DNA from: Auanema rhodensis
Lineage: Eukaryota > Animalia > Nematoda
NCBI GenBank assembly: GCA_964057225.1
Contig: OZ059899.1
Span: forward strand, 21,080,001 to 21,144,000
Direction: 5' to 3'
Length of the DNA stretch: 64,000 bases
Within the stretch, counting starts at the first letter, position 1. Every line of letters starts with the position of its first letter. The position numbers and the translations under genes are program-made. The notes under the pieces were generated by a model. That model was given only the letters and a program-made list of their open reading frames with translations, searched no databases and had not been told where the DNA came from. Below are positions 40,261 through 54,800 of this stretch, one piece after another.

Positions 40261-42366
40261 ACACTAATGCATCATTTTTCAAACGATCATAACTAATTTT
40301 TGTATTAAGCGTTTCTCAAAGTAGTATAGTGCATTCGATGCGGATTTTTAAGCTGCGTCGATCTGTGTTATCAGATTTGCGCTAGCTTAAAAATGCACCG
40401 AGATATCAACTGATATAAGTTCACACTTATATCCTCGATTTTCACCCTGAAGAACTAATTTTTTCATTGAATAACATTGTCCATCGTCTTTGCCTTGAAA
40501 AAAGGAATCTAAAAACATCTACTTTTTGCTAAATTATTTTGAAATTTTTCGAAAAAATTTTTGTCAAAATGTTTTTGGAAGCAATGTTGAGTGTACATGG
40601 AAACTCAACGTACACTAATGCATCATTTTTCAAACGATCATAACTAATTTTTGTATTAAGCGTTTCTCAAAGTAGTATAGTGCATTCGATGCGGATTTTT
40701 AAGCTGCGTCGATCTGTGTTATCAGATTTGCGCTAGCTTAAAAATGCACCGAGATATCAACTGATATAAGTTCACACTTATATCCTCGATTTTCACCCTG
40801 AAGAACTAATTTTTTCGTTGAACAACATTGTCCATCGTCTTTGCCTTGAAAAAAGGAATCTAAAAACATCTACTTTTTGCTAAATTATTTTGAAATTTTT
40901 TGAAAAAATTTTTGTCAAAATGTTTTTGGAAGCAATGTTGAGTGTACATGGAAACTCAACGTACACTAATGCATCATTTTTCAAACGATCATAACTAATT
41001 TTTGTATTAAGCGTTTCTCAATGTAGTATAGTGCATTCGATGCGGATTTTTAAGCTGCGTCGATCTGTGTTATCAGATTTGCGCTAGTTTAAAAATGCAC
41101 CGAGATATCAACTGATATAAGTTCACACTTATATCCTTGATTTTCACCCTGAAGAATTAATTTTTTCGTTGAATAACATTGTCCATCGTCTTTGCCTTGA
41201 AAAAAGGAATCTAAAAACATCTACTTTTTGCTAAATTATTTTGAAAATTTATGAAAAAATTTTTGTCAAAATGTTTTTGGAAGCAATGTTGAGTGTACAT
41301 GGAAACTCAACATACACTAATGCATCATTTTTCAAACGATCATAACTAATTTTTGTATTAAGCGTTTCTCAATGTAGTATAGTGCATTCGATGCGGATTT
41401 TTAAGCTGCGTCGATCTGTGTTATCAGATTTGCGCTAGCTTAAAAATGCACCGAGATATCAACTGATATAAGTTCACACTTATATCCTCGATTTTCACCC
41501 TGAAGAATTAATTTTTTCGTTGAATAACATTGTCCATCGTCTTTGCCTTGAAAAAAGGAATCTAAAAACATCTACTTTTTGCTAAATTATTTTGAAATTT
41601 TTTGAAAAAATTTTTGTCAAAATGTTTTTGGAAGCAATGTTGAGTGTACATGGAAACTCAACATACACTAATGCATCATTTTTCAAACGATCATAACTAA
41701 TTTTTGTATTAAGCGTTTCTCAAAGTAGTATAGTGCATTCGATGCGGATTTTTAAGCTGCGTCGATCTGTGTTATCAGATTTGCGCTAGCTTAAAAATGC
41801 ACCGAGATATCAACTGATATAAGTTCACACTTATATCCTTGATTTTCACCCTGAAGAATTAATTTTTTCGTTGAATAACATTGTCCATCGTCTTTGCCTT
41901 GAAAAAAGGAATCTAAAAACATCTACTTTTTGCTAAATTATTTTGAAATTTTTTGAAAAAATTTTTGTCAAAATGTTTTTGGAAGCAATGTTGAGTGTAC
42001 ATGGAAACTCAACATACACTAATGCATCATTTTTCAAACGATCATAACTAATTTTTGTATTAAGCGTTTCTCAATGTAGTATAGTGCATTCGATGCGGAT
42101 TTTTAAGCTGCGTCGATCTGTGTTATCAGATTTGCGCTAGCTTAAAAATGCACCGAGATATCAACTGATATAAGTTCACACTTATATCCTCGATTTTCAC
42201 CCTGAAGAATTAATTTTTTCGTTGAATAACATTGTCCATCGTCTTTGCCTTGAAAAAAGGAATCTAAAAACATCTACTTTTTGCTAAATTATTTTGAAAT
42301 TTTTTGAAAAAATTTTTGTCAAAATGTTTTTGGAAGCAATGTTGAGTGTACATGGAAACTCAACGT

Positions 42367-45300
42367 ACACTAATGCATCATTTTTCAAACGATCATAACT
42401 AATTTTTGTATTAAGCGTTTCTCAATGTAGTATAGTGCATTCGATGCGGATTTTTAAGCTGCGTCGATCTGTGTTATCAGATTTGCGCTAGCTTAAAAAT
42501 GCACCGAGATATCAACTGATATAAGTTCACACTTATATCCTTGATTTTCACCCTGAAGAATTAATTTTTTCGTTGAATAACATTGTCCATCGTCTTTGCC
42601 TTGAAAAAAGGAATCTAAAAACATCTACTTTTTGCTAAATTATTTTGAAATTTTTTGAAAAAATTTTTGTCAAAATGTTTTTGGAAGCAATGTTGAGTGT
42701 ACATGGAAACTCAACGTACACTAATGCATCATTTTTCAAACGATCATAACTAATTTTTGTATTAAGCGTTTCTCAATGTAGTATAGTGCATTCGATGCGG
42801 ATTTTTAAGCTGCGTCGATCTGTGTTATCAGATTTGCGCTAGCTTAAAAATGCACCGAGATATCAACTGATATAAGTTCACACTTATATCCTCGATTTTC
42901 ACCCTGAAGAATTAATTTTTTCGTTGAATAACATTGTCCATCGTCTTTGCCTTGAAAAAAGGAATCTAAAAACATCTACTTTTTGCTAAATTATTTTGAA
43001 ATTTTTTGAAAAAATTTTTGTCAAAATGTTTTTGGAAGCAATGTTGAGTGTACATGGAAACTCAACGTACACTAATGCATCATTTTTCAAACGATCATAA
43101 CTAATTTTTGTATTAAGCGTTTCTCAATGTAGTATAGTGCATTCGATGCGGATTTTTAAGCTGCGTCGATCTGTGTTATCAGATTTGCGCTAGCTTAAAA
43201 ATGCACCGAGATATCAACTGATATAAGTTCACACTTATATCCTTGATTTTCACCCTGAAGAATTAATTTTTTCGTTGAATAACATTGTCCATCGTCTTTG
43301 CCTTGAAAAAAGGAATCTAAAAACATCTACTTTTTGCTAAATTATTTTGAAATTTTTTGAAAAAATTTTTGTCAAAATGTTTTTGGAAGCAATGTTGAGT
43401 GTACATGGAAACTCAACATACACAAATGCATCATTTTTCAAACGATCATAACTAATTTTTGTATTAAGCGTTTCTCAATGTAGTATAGTGCATTCGATGC
43501 GGATTTTTAAGCTGCGTCGATCTGTGTTATCAGATTTGCGCTAGCTTAAAAATGCACCGAGATATCAACTGATATAAGTTCACACTTATATCCTCGATTT
43601 TCACCCTGAAGAATTAATTTTTTCGTTGAATGACATTGTCCATCGTCTTTGCCTTGAAAAAAGGAATCTAAAAACATCTACTTTTTGCTAAATTATTTTG
43701 AAATTTTTTGAAAAAATTTTTGTCAAAATGTTTTTGGAAGCAATGTTGAGTGTACATGGAAACTCAACATACACTAATGCATCATTTTTCAAACGATCAT
43801 AACTAATTTTTGTATCAAGCGTTTCTCAATGTAGTATAGTGCATTCGATGCGGATTTTTAAGCTGCGTCGATCTGTGTTATCAGATTTGCGCTAGCTTAA
43901 AAATGCACCGAGATATCAACTAATATAAGTTCACACTTATATCCTCGATTTTCACCCTGAAGAATTAATTTTTTCGTTGAATAACAAAGTCCATCGTCTT
44001 TGCCTTGAAAAAAGGAATCTAAAAACATCTACTTTTTGCTAAATTATTTTGAAATTTTTCGAAAAAATTTTTGTCAAAATGTTTTTGGAAGCAATGTTGA
44101 GTGTACATGGAAACTCAACGTACACTAATGCATCATTTTTCAAACGATCATAACTTATTTTTGTATCAAGCGTTTCTCAATAAGTATAGTGCATTCGATG
44201 CGGATTTTTAAGCTGCGTCGATCTGTGTTATCAGATTTGCGCTAGCTTAAAAATGCACCGAGATATCAACTGATATAAGTTCACACTTATATCCTCGATT
44301 TTCACCCTGAAGAATTAATTTTTTCGTTGAATAACATTGTCCATCGTCTTTGCCTTGAAAAAAGGAATCTAAAAACATCTACTTTTTGCTAAATTATTTT
44401 GAAATTTTTCGAAAAAATTTTTGTCAAAATGTTTTTGGAAGCAATGTTGAGTGTACATGGAAACTCAACGTACACTAATGCATCATTTTTCAAACGATCA
44501 TAACTAATTTTTGTATTAAGCGTTTCTCAATGTAGTATAGTGCATTCGATGCGGATTTTTAAGCTGCGTCGATCTGTGTTATCAGATTTGCGCTAGCTTA
44601 AAAATGCACCGAGATATCAACTGATATAAGTTCACACTTATATCCTCGATTTTCACCCTGAAGAATTAATTTTTTCATTGAATAACATTGTCCATCGTCT
44701 TTGCCTTGAAAAAAGGAATCTAAAAACATCTACTTTTTGCTAAATTATTTTGAAATTTTTCGAAAAAATTTTTGTCAAAATGTTTTTGGAAGCAATGTTG
44801 AGTGTACATGGAAACTCAACGTACACTAATGCATCATTTTTCAAACGATCATAACTAATTTTTGTATTAAGCGTTTCTCAAAGTAGTATAGTGCATTCGA
44901 TGCGGATTTTTAAGCTGCGTCGATCTGTGTTATCAGATTTGCGCTAGCTTAAAAATGCACCGAGATATCAACTGATATAAGTTCACACTTATATCCTCGA
45001 TTTTCACCCTGAAGAACTAATTTTTTCGTTGAACAACATTGTCCATCGTCTTTGCCTTGAAAAAAGGAATCTAAAAACATCTACTTTTTGCTAAATTATT
45101 TTGAAATTTTTTGAAAAAATTTTTGTCAAAATGTTTTTGGAAGCAATGTTGAGTGTACATGGAAACTCAACGTACACTAATGCATCATTTTTCAAACGAT
45201 CATAACTAATTTTTGTATTAAGCGTTTCTCAAAGTAGTATAGTGCATTCGATGCGGATTTTTAAGCTGCGTCGATCTGTGTTATCAGATTTGCGCTAGCT

Positions 45301-48300
45301 TAAAAATGCACCGAGATATCAACTGATATAAGTTCACACTTATATCCTCGATTTTCACCCTGAAGAACTAATTTTTTCGTTGAACAACATTGTCCATCGT
45401 CTTTGCCTTGAAAAAAGGAATCTAAAAACATCTACTTTTTGCTAAATTATTTTGAAATTTTTTGAAAAAATTTTTGTCAAAATGTTTTTGGAAGCAATGT
45501 TGAGTGTACATGGAAACTCAACGTACACTAATGCATCATTTTTCAAACGATCATAACTTATTTTTGTATCAAGCGTTTCTCAATAAGTATAGTGCATTCG
45601 ATGCGGATTTTTAAGCTGCGTCGATCTGTGTTATCAGATTTGCGCTAGCTTAAAAATGCACCGAGATATCAACTGATATAAGTTCACACTTATATCCTCG
45701 ATTTTCACCCTGAAGAACTAATTTTTTCGTTGAACAACATTGTCCATCGTCTTTGCCTTGAAAAAAGGAATCTAAAAACATCTACTTTTTGCTAAATTAT
45801 TTTGAAATTTTTTGAAAAAATTTTTGTCAAAATGTTTTTGGAAGCAATGTTGAGTGTACATGGAAACTCAACGTACACTAATGCATCATTTTTCAAACGA
45901 TCATAACTAATTTTTGTATTAAGCGTTTCTCAAAGTAGTATAGTGCATTCGATGCGGATTTTTAAGCTGCGTCGATCTGTGTTATCAGATTTGCGCTAGC
46001 TTAAAAATGCACCGAGATATCAACTAATATATGTTCACACTTATATCCTCGATTTTCACCCTGAAGAATTAATTTTTTCATTGAATAACATTGTCCATCG
46101 TCTTTGCCTTGAAAAAAGGAATCTAAAAACATCTATTTTTTGCTAAATTATTTTGAAATTTTTCGAAAAAATTTTTGTCAAAATGTTTTTGGAAGCAATG
46201 TTGAGTGTACATGGAAACTCAACGTACACTAATGCATCATTTTTCAAACGATCATAACTAATTTTTGTATTAAGCGTTTCTCAAAGTAGTATAGTGCATT
46301 CGATGCGGATTTTTAAGCTGCGTCGATCTGTGTTATCAGATTTGCGCTAGCTTAAAAATGCACCGAGATATCAACTGATATAAGTTCACACTTATATCCT
46401 CGATTTTCACCCTGAAGAACTAATTTTTTCGTTGAACAACATTGTCCATCGTCTTTGCCTTGAAAAAAGGAATCTAAAAACATCTACTTTTTGCTAAATT
46501 ATTTTGAAATTTTTTGAAAAAATTTTTGTCAAAATGTTTTTGGAAGCAATGTTGAGTGTACATGGAAACTCAACGTACACTAATGCATCATTTTTCAAAC
46601 GATCATAACTAATTTTTGTATTAAGCGTTTCTCAATGTAGTATAGTGCATTCGATGCGGATTTTTAAGCTGCGTCGATCTGTGTTATCAGATTTGCGCTA
46701 GCTTAAAAATGCACCGAGATATCAACTGATATAAGTTCACACTTATATCCTTGATTTTCACCCTGAAGAATTAATTTTTTCGTTGAATAACATTGTCCAT
46801 CGTCTTTGCCTTGAAAAAAGGAATCTAAAAACATCTACTTTTTGCTAAATTATTTTGAAATTTTTTGAAAAAATTTTTGTCAAAATGTTTTTGGAAGCAA
46901 TGTTGAGTGTACATGGAAACTCAACGTACACTAATGCATCATTTTTCAAACGATCATAACTAATTTTTGTATTAAGCGTTTCTCAATGTAGTATAGTGCA
47001 TTCGATGCGGATTTTTAAGCTGCGTCGATCTGTGTTATCAGATTTGCGCTAGCTTAAAAATGCACCGAGATATCAACTGATATAAGTTCACACTTATATC
47101 CTCGATTTTCACCCTGAAGAATTAATTTTTTCGTTGAATAACATTGTCCATCGTCTTTGCCTTGAAAAAAGGAATCTAAAAACATCTACTTTTTGCTAAA
47201 TTATTTTGAAATTTTTTGAAAAAATTTTTGTCAAAATGTTTTTGGAAGCAATGTTGAGTGTACATGGAAACTCAACGTACACTAATGCATCATTTTTCAA
47301 ACGATCATAACTAATTTTTGTATTAAGCGTTTCTCAATGTAGTATAGTGCATTCGATGCGGATTTTTAAGCTGCGTCGATCTGTGTTATCAGATTTGCGC
47401 TAGCTTAAAAATGCACCGAGATATCAACTGATATAAGTTCACACTTATATCCTTGATTTTCACCCTGAAGAATTAATTTTTTCGTTGAATAACATTGTCC
47501 ATCGTCTTTGCCTTGAAAAAAGGAATCTAAAAACATCTACTTTTTGCTAAATTATTTTGAAATTTTTTGAAAAAATTTTTGTCAAAATGTTTTTGGAAGC
47601 AATGTTGAGTGTACATGGAAACTCAACATACACAAATGCATCATTTTTCAAACGATCATAACTAATTTTTGTATTAAGCGTTTCTCAATGTAGTATAGTG
47701 CATTCGATGCGGATTTTTAAGCTGCGTCGATCTGTGTTATCAGATTTGCGCTAGCTTAAAAATGCACCGAGATATCAACTGATATAAGTTCACACTTATA
47801 TCCTCGATTTTCACCCTGAAGAATTAATTTTTTCGTTGAATGACATTGTCCATCGTCTTTGCCTTGAAAAAAGGAATCTAAAAACATCTACTTTTTGCTA
47901 AATTATTTTGAAATTTTTTGAAAAAATTTTTGTCAAAATGTTTTTGGAAGCAATGTTGAGTGTACATGGAAACTCAACATACACTAATGCATCATTTTTC
48001 AAACGATCATAACTAATTTTTGTATCAAGCGTTTCTCAATGTAGTATAGTGCATTCGATGCGGATTTTTAAGCTGCGTCGATCTGTGTTATCAGATTTGC
48101 GCTAGCTTAAAAATGCACCGAGATATCAACTAATATAAGTTCACACTTATATCCTCGATTTTCACCCTGAAGAATTAATTTTTTCGTTGAATAACAAAGT
48201 CCATCGTCTTTGCCTTGAAAAAAGGAATCTAAAAACATCTACTTTTTGCTAAATTATTTTGAAATTTTTCGAAAAAATTTTTGTCAAAATGTTTTTGGAA

Positions 48301-50786
48301 GCAATGTTGAGTGTACATGGAAACTCAACGTACACTAATGCATCATTTTTCAAACGATCATAACTTATTTTTGTATCAAGCGTTTCTCAATAAGTATAGT
48401 GCATTCGATGCGGATTTTTAAGCTGCGTCGATCTGTGTTATCAGATTTGCGCTAGCTTAAAAATGCACCGAGATATCAACTGATATAAGTTCACACTTAT
48501 ATCCTCGATTTTCACCCTGAAGAATTAATTTTTTCGTTGAATAACATTGTCCATCGTCTTTGCCTTGAAAAAAGGAATCTAAAAACATCTACTTTTTGCT
48601 AAATTATTTTGAAATTTTTCGAAAAAATTTTTGTCAAAATGTTTTTGGAAGCAATGTTGAGTGTACATGGAAACTCAACGTACACTAATGCATCATTTTT
48701 CAAACGATCATAACTAATTTTTGTATTAAGCGTTTCTCAATGTAGTATAGTGCATTCGATGCGGATTTTTAAGCTGCGTCGATCTGTGTTATCAGATTTG
48801 CGCTAGCTTAAAAATGCACCGAGATATCAACTGATATAAGTTCACACTTATATCCTCGATTTTCACCCTGAAGAATTAATTTTTTCATTGAATAACATTG
48901 TCCATCGTCTTTGCCTTGAAAAAAGGAATCTAAAAACATCTACTTTTTGCTAAATTATTTTGAAATTTTTCGAAAAAATTTTTGTCAAAATGTTTTTGGA
49001 AGCAATGTTGAGTGTACATGGAAACTCAACGTACACTAATGCATCATTTTTCAAACGATCATAACTAATTTTTGTATTAAGCGTTTCTCAAAGTAGTATA
49101 GTGCATTCGATGCGGATTTTTAAGCTGCGTCGATCTGTGTTATCAGATTTGCGCTAGCTTAAAAATGCACCGAGATATCAACTGATATAAGTTCACACTT
49201 ATATCCTCGATTTTCACCCTGAAGAACTAATTTTTTCGTTGAACAACATTGTCCATCGTCTTTGCCTTGAAAAAAGGAATCTAAAAACATCTACTTTTTG
49301 CTAAATTATTTTGAAATTTTTTGAAAAAATTTTTGTCAAAATGTTTTTGGAAGCAATGTTGAGTGTACATGGAAACTCAACGTACACTAATGCATCATTT
49401 TTCAAACGATCATAACTAATTTTTGTATTAAGCGTTTCTCAAAGTAGTATAGTGCATTCGATGCGGATTTTTAAGCTGCGTCGATCTGTGTTATCAGATT
49501 TGCGCTAGCTTAAAAATGCACCGAGATATCAACTGATATAAGTTCACACTTATATCCTCGATTTTCACCCTGAAGAACTAATTTTTTCGTTGAACAACAT
49601 TGTCCATCGTCTTTGCCTTGAAAAAAGGAATCTAAAAACATCTACTTTTTGCTAAATTATTTTGAAATTTTTTGAAAAAATTTTTGTCAAAATGTTTTTG
49701 GAAGCAATGTTGAGTGTACATGGAAACTCAACGTACACTAATGCATCATTTTTCAAACGATCATAACTTATTTTTGTATCAAGCGTTTCTCAATAAGTAT
49801 AGTGCATTCGATGCGGATTTTTAAGCTGCGTCGATCTGTGTTATCAGATTTGCGCTAGCTTAAAAATGCACCGAGATATCAACTGATATAAGTTCACACT
49901 TATATCCTCGATTTTCACCCTGAAGAACTAATTTTTTCGTTGAACAACATTGTCCATCGTCTTTGCCTTGAAAAAAGGAATCTAAAAACATCTACTTTTT
50001 GCTAAATTATTTTGAAATTTTTTGAAAAAATTTTTGTCAAAATGTTTTTGGAAGCAATGTTGAGTGTACATGGAAACTCAACGTACACTAATGCATCATT
50101 TTTCAAACGATCATAACTAATTTTTGTATTAAGCGTTTCTCAAAGTAGTATAGTGCATTCGATGCGGATTTTTAAGCTGCGTCGATCTGTGTTATCAGAT
50201 TTGCGCTAGCTTAAAAATGCACCGAGATATCAACTAATATATGTTCACACTTATATCCTCGATTTTCACCCTGAAGAATTAATTTTTTCATTGAATAACA
50301 TTGTCCATCGTCTTTGCCTTGAAAAAAGGAATCTAAAAACATCTATTTTTTGCTAAATTATTTTGAAATTTTTCGAAAAAATTTTTGTCAAAATGTTTTT
50401 GGAAGCAATGTTGAGTGTACATGGAAACTCAACGTACACTAATGCATCATTTTTCAAACGATCATAACTAATTTTTGTATTAAGCGTTTCTCAAAGTAGT
50501 ATAGTGCATTCGATGCGGATTTTTAAGCTGCGTCGATCTGTGTTATCAGATTTGCGCTAGCTTAAAAATGCACCGAGATATCAACTGATATAAGTTCACA
50601 CTTATATCCTCGATTTTCACCCTGAAGAACTAATTTTTTCGTTGAACAACATTGTCCATCGTCTTTGCCTTGAAAAAAGGAATCTAAAAACATCTACTTT
50701 TTGCTAAATTATTTTGAAATTTTTTGAAAAAATTTTTGTCAAAATGTTTTTGGAAGCAATGTTGAGTGTACATGGAAACTCAACGT
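42367..50786. repeat. Tandem duplication of a 12-monomer higher-order unit (4210 bp): 42367-46576 and 46577-50786
   Basis: Markers cacAaatg (43420/47630), gaatGacat (~43632/~47842) and atctaTtttt (~46136/~50346) are all 4210 bp apart. Confidence 0.9.
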
Positions 50787-51839
50787 ACACTAATGCATCA
50801 TTTTTCAAACGATCATAACTAATTTTTGTATTAAGCGTTTCTCAAAGTAGTATAGTGCATTCGATGCGGATTTTTAAGCTGCGTCGATCTGTGTTATCAG
50901 ATTTGCGCTAGCTTAAAAATGCACCGAGATATCAACTGATATAAGTTCACACTTATATCCTCGATTTTCACCCTGAAGAACTAATTTTTTCGTTGAACAA
51001 CATTGTCCATCGTCTTTGCCTTGAAAAAAGGAATCTAAAAACATCTACTTTTTGCTAAATTATTTTGAAATTTTTTGAAAAAATTTTTGTCAAAATGTTT
51101 TTGGAAGCAATGTTGAGTGTACATGGAAACTCAACGTACACTAATGCATCATTTTTCAAACGATCATAACTAATTTTTGTATTAAGCGTTTCTCAAAGTA
51201 GTATAGTGCATTCGATGCGGATTTTTAAGCTGCGTCGATCTGTGTTATCAGATTTGCGCTAGCTTAAAAATGCACCGAGATATCAACTGATATAAGTTCA
51301 CACTTATATCCTCGATTTTCACCCTGAAGAACTAATTTTTTCGTTGAACAACATTGTCCATCGTCTTTGCCTTGAAAAAAGGAATCTAAAAACATCTACT
51401 TTTTGCTAAATTATTTTGAAATTTTTTGAAAAAATTTTTGTCAAAATGTTTTTGGAAGCAATGTTGAGTGTACATGGAAACTCAACGTACACTAATGCAT
51501 CATTTTTCAAACGATCATAACTAATTTTTGTATTAAGCGTTTCTCAATGTAGTATAGTGCATTCGATGCGGATTTTTAAGCTGCGTCGATCTGTGTTATC
51601 AGATTTGCGCTAGCTTAAAAATGCACCGAGATATCAACTGATATAAGTTCACACTTATATCCTTGATTTTCACCCTGAAGAATTAATTTTTTCGTTGAAT
51701 AACATTGTCCATCGTCTTTGCCTTGAAAAAAGGAATCTAAAAACATCTACTTTTTGCTAAATTATTTTGAAAATTTTTGAAAAAATTTTTGTCAAAATGT
51801 TTTTGGAAGCAATGTTGAGTGTACATGGAAACTCAACAT

Positions 51840-54800
51840 ACACTAATGCATCATTTTTCAAACGATCATAACTAATTTTTGTATTAAGCGTTTCTCAATG
51901 TAGTATAGTGCATTCGATGCGGATTTTTAAGCTGCGTCGATCTGTGTTATCAGATTTGCGCTAGCTTAAAAATGCACCGAGATATCAACTGATATAAGTT
52001 CACACTTATATCCTCGATTTTCACCCTGAAGAATTAATTTTTTCGTTGAATAACATTGTCCATCGTCTTTGCCTTGAAAAAAGGAATCTAAAAACATCTA
52101 CTTTTTGCTAAATTATTTTGAAATTTTTTGAAAAAATTTTTGTCAAAATGTTTTTGGAAGCAATGTTGAGTGTACATGGAAACTCAACATACACTAATGC
52201 ATCATTTTTCAAACGATCATAACTAATTTTTGTATTAAGCGTTTCTCAAAGTAGTATAGTGCATTCGATGCGGATTTTTAAGCTGCGTCGATCTGTGTTA
52301 TCAGATTTGCGCTAGCTTAAAAATGCACCGAGATATCAACTGATATAAGTTCACACTTATATCCTTGATTTTCACCCTGAAGAATTAATTTTTTCGTTGA
52401 ATAACATTGTCCATCGTCTTTGCCTTGAAAAAAGGAATCTAAAAACATCTACTTTTTGCTAAATTATTTTGAAATTTTTTGAAAAAATTTTTGTCAAAAT
52501 GTTTTTGGAAGCAATGTTGAGTGTACATGGAAACTCAACATACACTAATGCATCATTTTTCAAACGATCATAACTAATTTTTGTATTAAGCGTTTCTCAA
52601 TGTAGTATAGTGCATTCGATGCGGATTTTTAAGCTGCGTCGATCTGTGTTATCAGATTTGCGCTAGCTTAAAAATGCACCGAGATATCAACTGATATAAG
52701 TTCACACTTATATCCTCGATTTTCACCCTGAAGAATTAATTTTTTCGTTGAATAACATTGTCCATCGTCTTTGCCTTGAAAAAAGGAATCTAAAAACATC
52801 TACTTTTTGCTAAATTATTTTGAAATTTTTTGAAAAAATTTTTGTCAAAATGTTTTTGGAAGCAATGTTGAGTGTACATGGAAACTCAACGTACACTAAT
52901 GCATCATTTTTCAAACGATCATAACTAATTTTTGTATTAAGCGTTTCTCAATGTAGTATAGTGCATTCGATGCGGATTTTTAAGCTGCGTCGATCTGTGT
53001 TATCAGATTTGCGCTAGCTTAAAAATGCACCGAGATATCAACTGATATAAGTTCACACTTATATCCTTGATTTTCACCCTGAAGAATTAATTTTTTCGTT
53101 GAATAACATTGTCCATCGTCTTTGCCTTGAAAAAAGGAATCTAAAAACATCTACTTTTTGCTAAATTATTTTGAAATTTTTTGAAAAAATTTTTGTCAAA
53201 ATGTTTTTGGAAGCAATGTTGAGTGTACATGGAAACTCAACATACACAAATGCATCATTTTTCAAACGATCATAACTAATTTTTGTATTAAGCGTTTCTC
53301 AATGTAGTATAGTGCATTCGATGCGGATTTTTAAGCTGCGTCGATCTGTGTTATCAGATTTGCGCTAGCTTAAAAATGCACCGAGATATCAACTGATATA
53401 AGTTCACACTTATATCCTCGATTTTCACCCTGAAGAATTAATTTTTTCGTTGAATAACATTGTCCATCGTCTTTGCCTTGAAAAAAGGAATCTAAAAACA
53501 TCTACTTTTTGCTAAATTATTTTGAAATTTTTTGAAAAAATTTTTGTCAAAATGTTTTTGGAAGCAATGTTGAGTGTACATGGAAACTCAACGTACACTA
53601 ATGCATCATTTTTCAAACGATCATAACTAATTTTTGTATTAAGCGTTTCTCAAAGTAGTATAGTGCATTCGATGCGGATTTTTAAGCTGCGTCGATCTGT
53701 GTTATCAGATTTGCGCTAGCTTAAAAATGCACCGAGATATCAACTGATATAAGTTCACACTTATATCCTCGATTTTCACCCTGAAGAACTAATTTTTTCG
53801 TTGAACAACATTGTCCATCGTCTTTGCCTTGAAAAAAGGAATCTAAAAACATCTACTTTTTGCTAAATTATTTTGAAATTTTTTGAAAAAATTTTTGTCA
53901 AAATGTTTTTGGAAGCAATGTTGAGTGTACATGGAAACTCAACGTACACTAATGCATCATTTTTCAAACGATCATAACTAATTTTTGTATTAAGCGTTTC
54001 TCAATGTAGTATAGTGCATTCGATGCGGATTTTTAAGCTGCGTCGATCTGTGTTATCAGATTTGCGCTAGCTTAAAAATGCACCGAGATATCAACTGATA
54101 TAAGTTCACACTTATATCCTTGATTTTCACCCTGAAGAATTAATTTTTTCGTTGAATAACATTGTCCATCGTCTTTGCCTTGAAAAAAGGAATCTAAAAA
54201 CATCTACTTTTTGCTAAATTATTTTGAAAATTTTTGAAAAAATTTTTGTCAAAATGTTTTTGGAAGCAATGTTGAGTGTACATGGAAACTCAACATACAC
54301 TAATGCATCATTTTTCAAACGATCATAACTAATTTTTGTATTAAGCGTTTCTCAATGTAGTATAGTGCATTCGATGCGGATTTTTAAGCTGCGTCGATCT
54401 GTGTTATCAGATTTGCGCTAGCTTAAAAATGCACCGAGATATCAACTGATATAAGTTCACACTTATATCCTTGATTTTCACCCTGAAGAATTAATTTTTT
54501 CGTTGAATAACATTGTCCATCGTCTTTGCCTTGAAAAAAGGAATCTAAAAACATCTACTTTTTGCTAAATTATTTTGAAAATTTTTGAAAAAATTTTTGT
54601 CAAAATGTTTTTGGAAGCAATGTTGAGTGTACATGGAAACTCAACATACACTAATGCATCATTTTTCAAACGATCATAACTAATTTTTGTATTAAGCGTT
54701 TCTCAATGTAGTATAGTGCATTCGATGCGGATTTTTAAGCTGCGTCGATCTGTGTTATCAGATTTGCGCTAGCTTAAAAATGCACCGAGATATCAACTGA

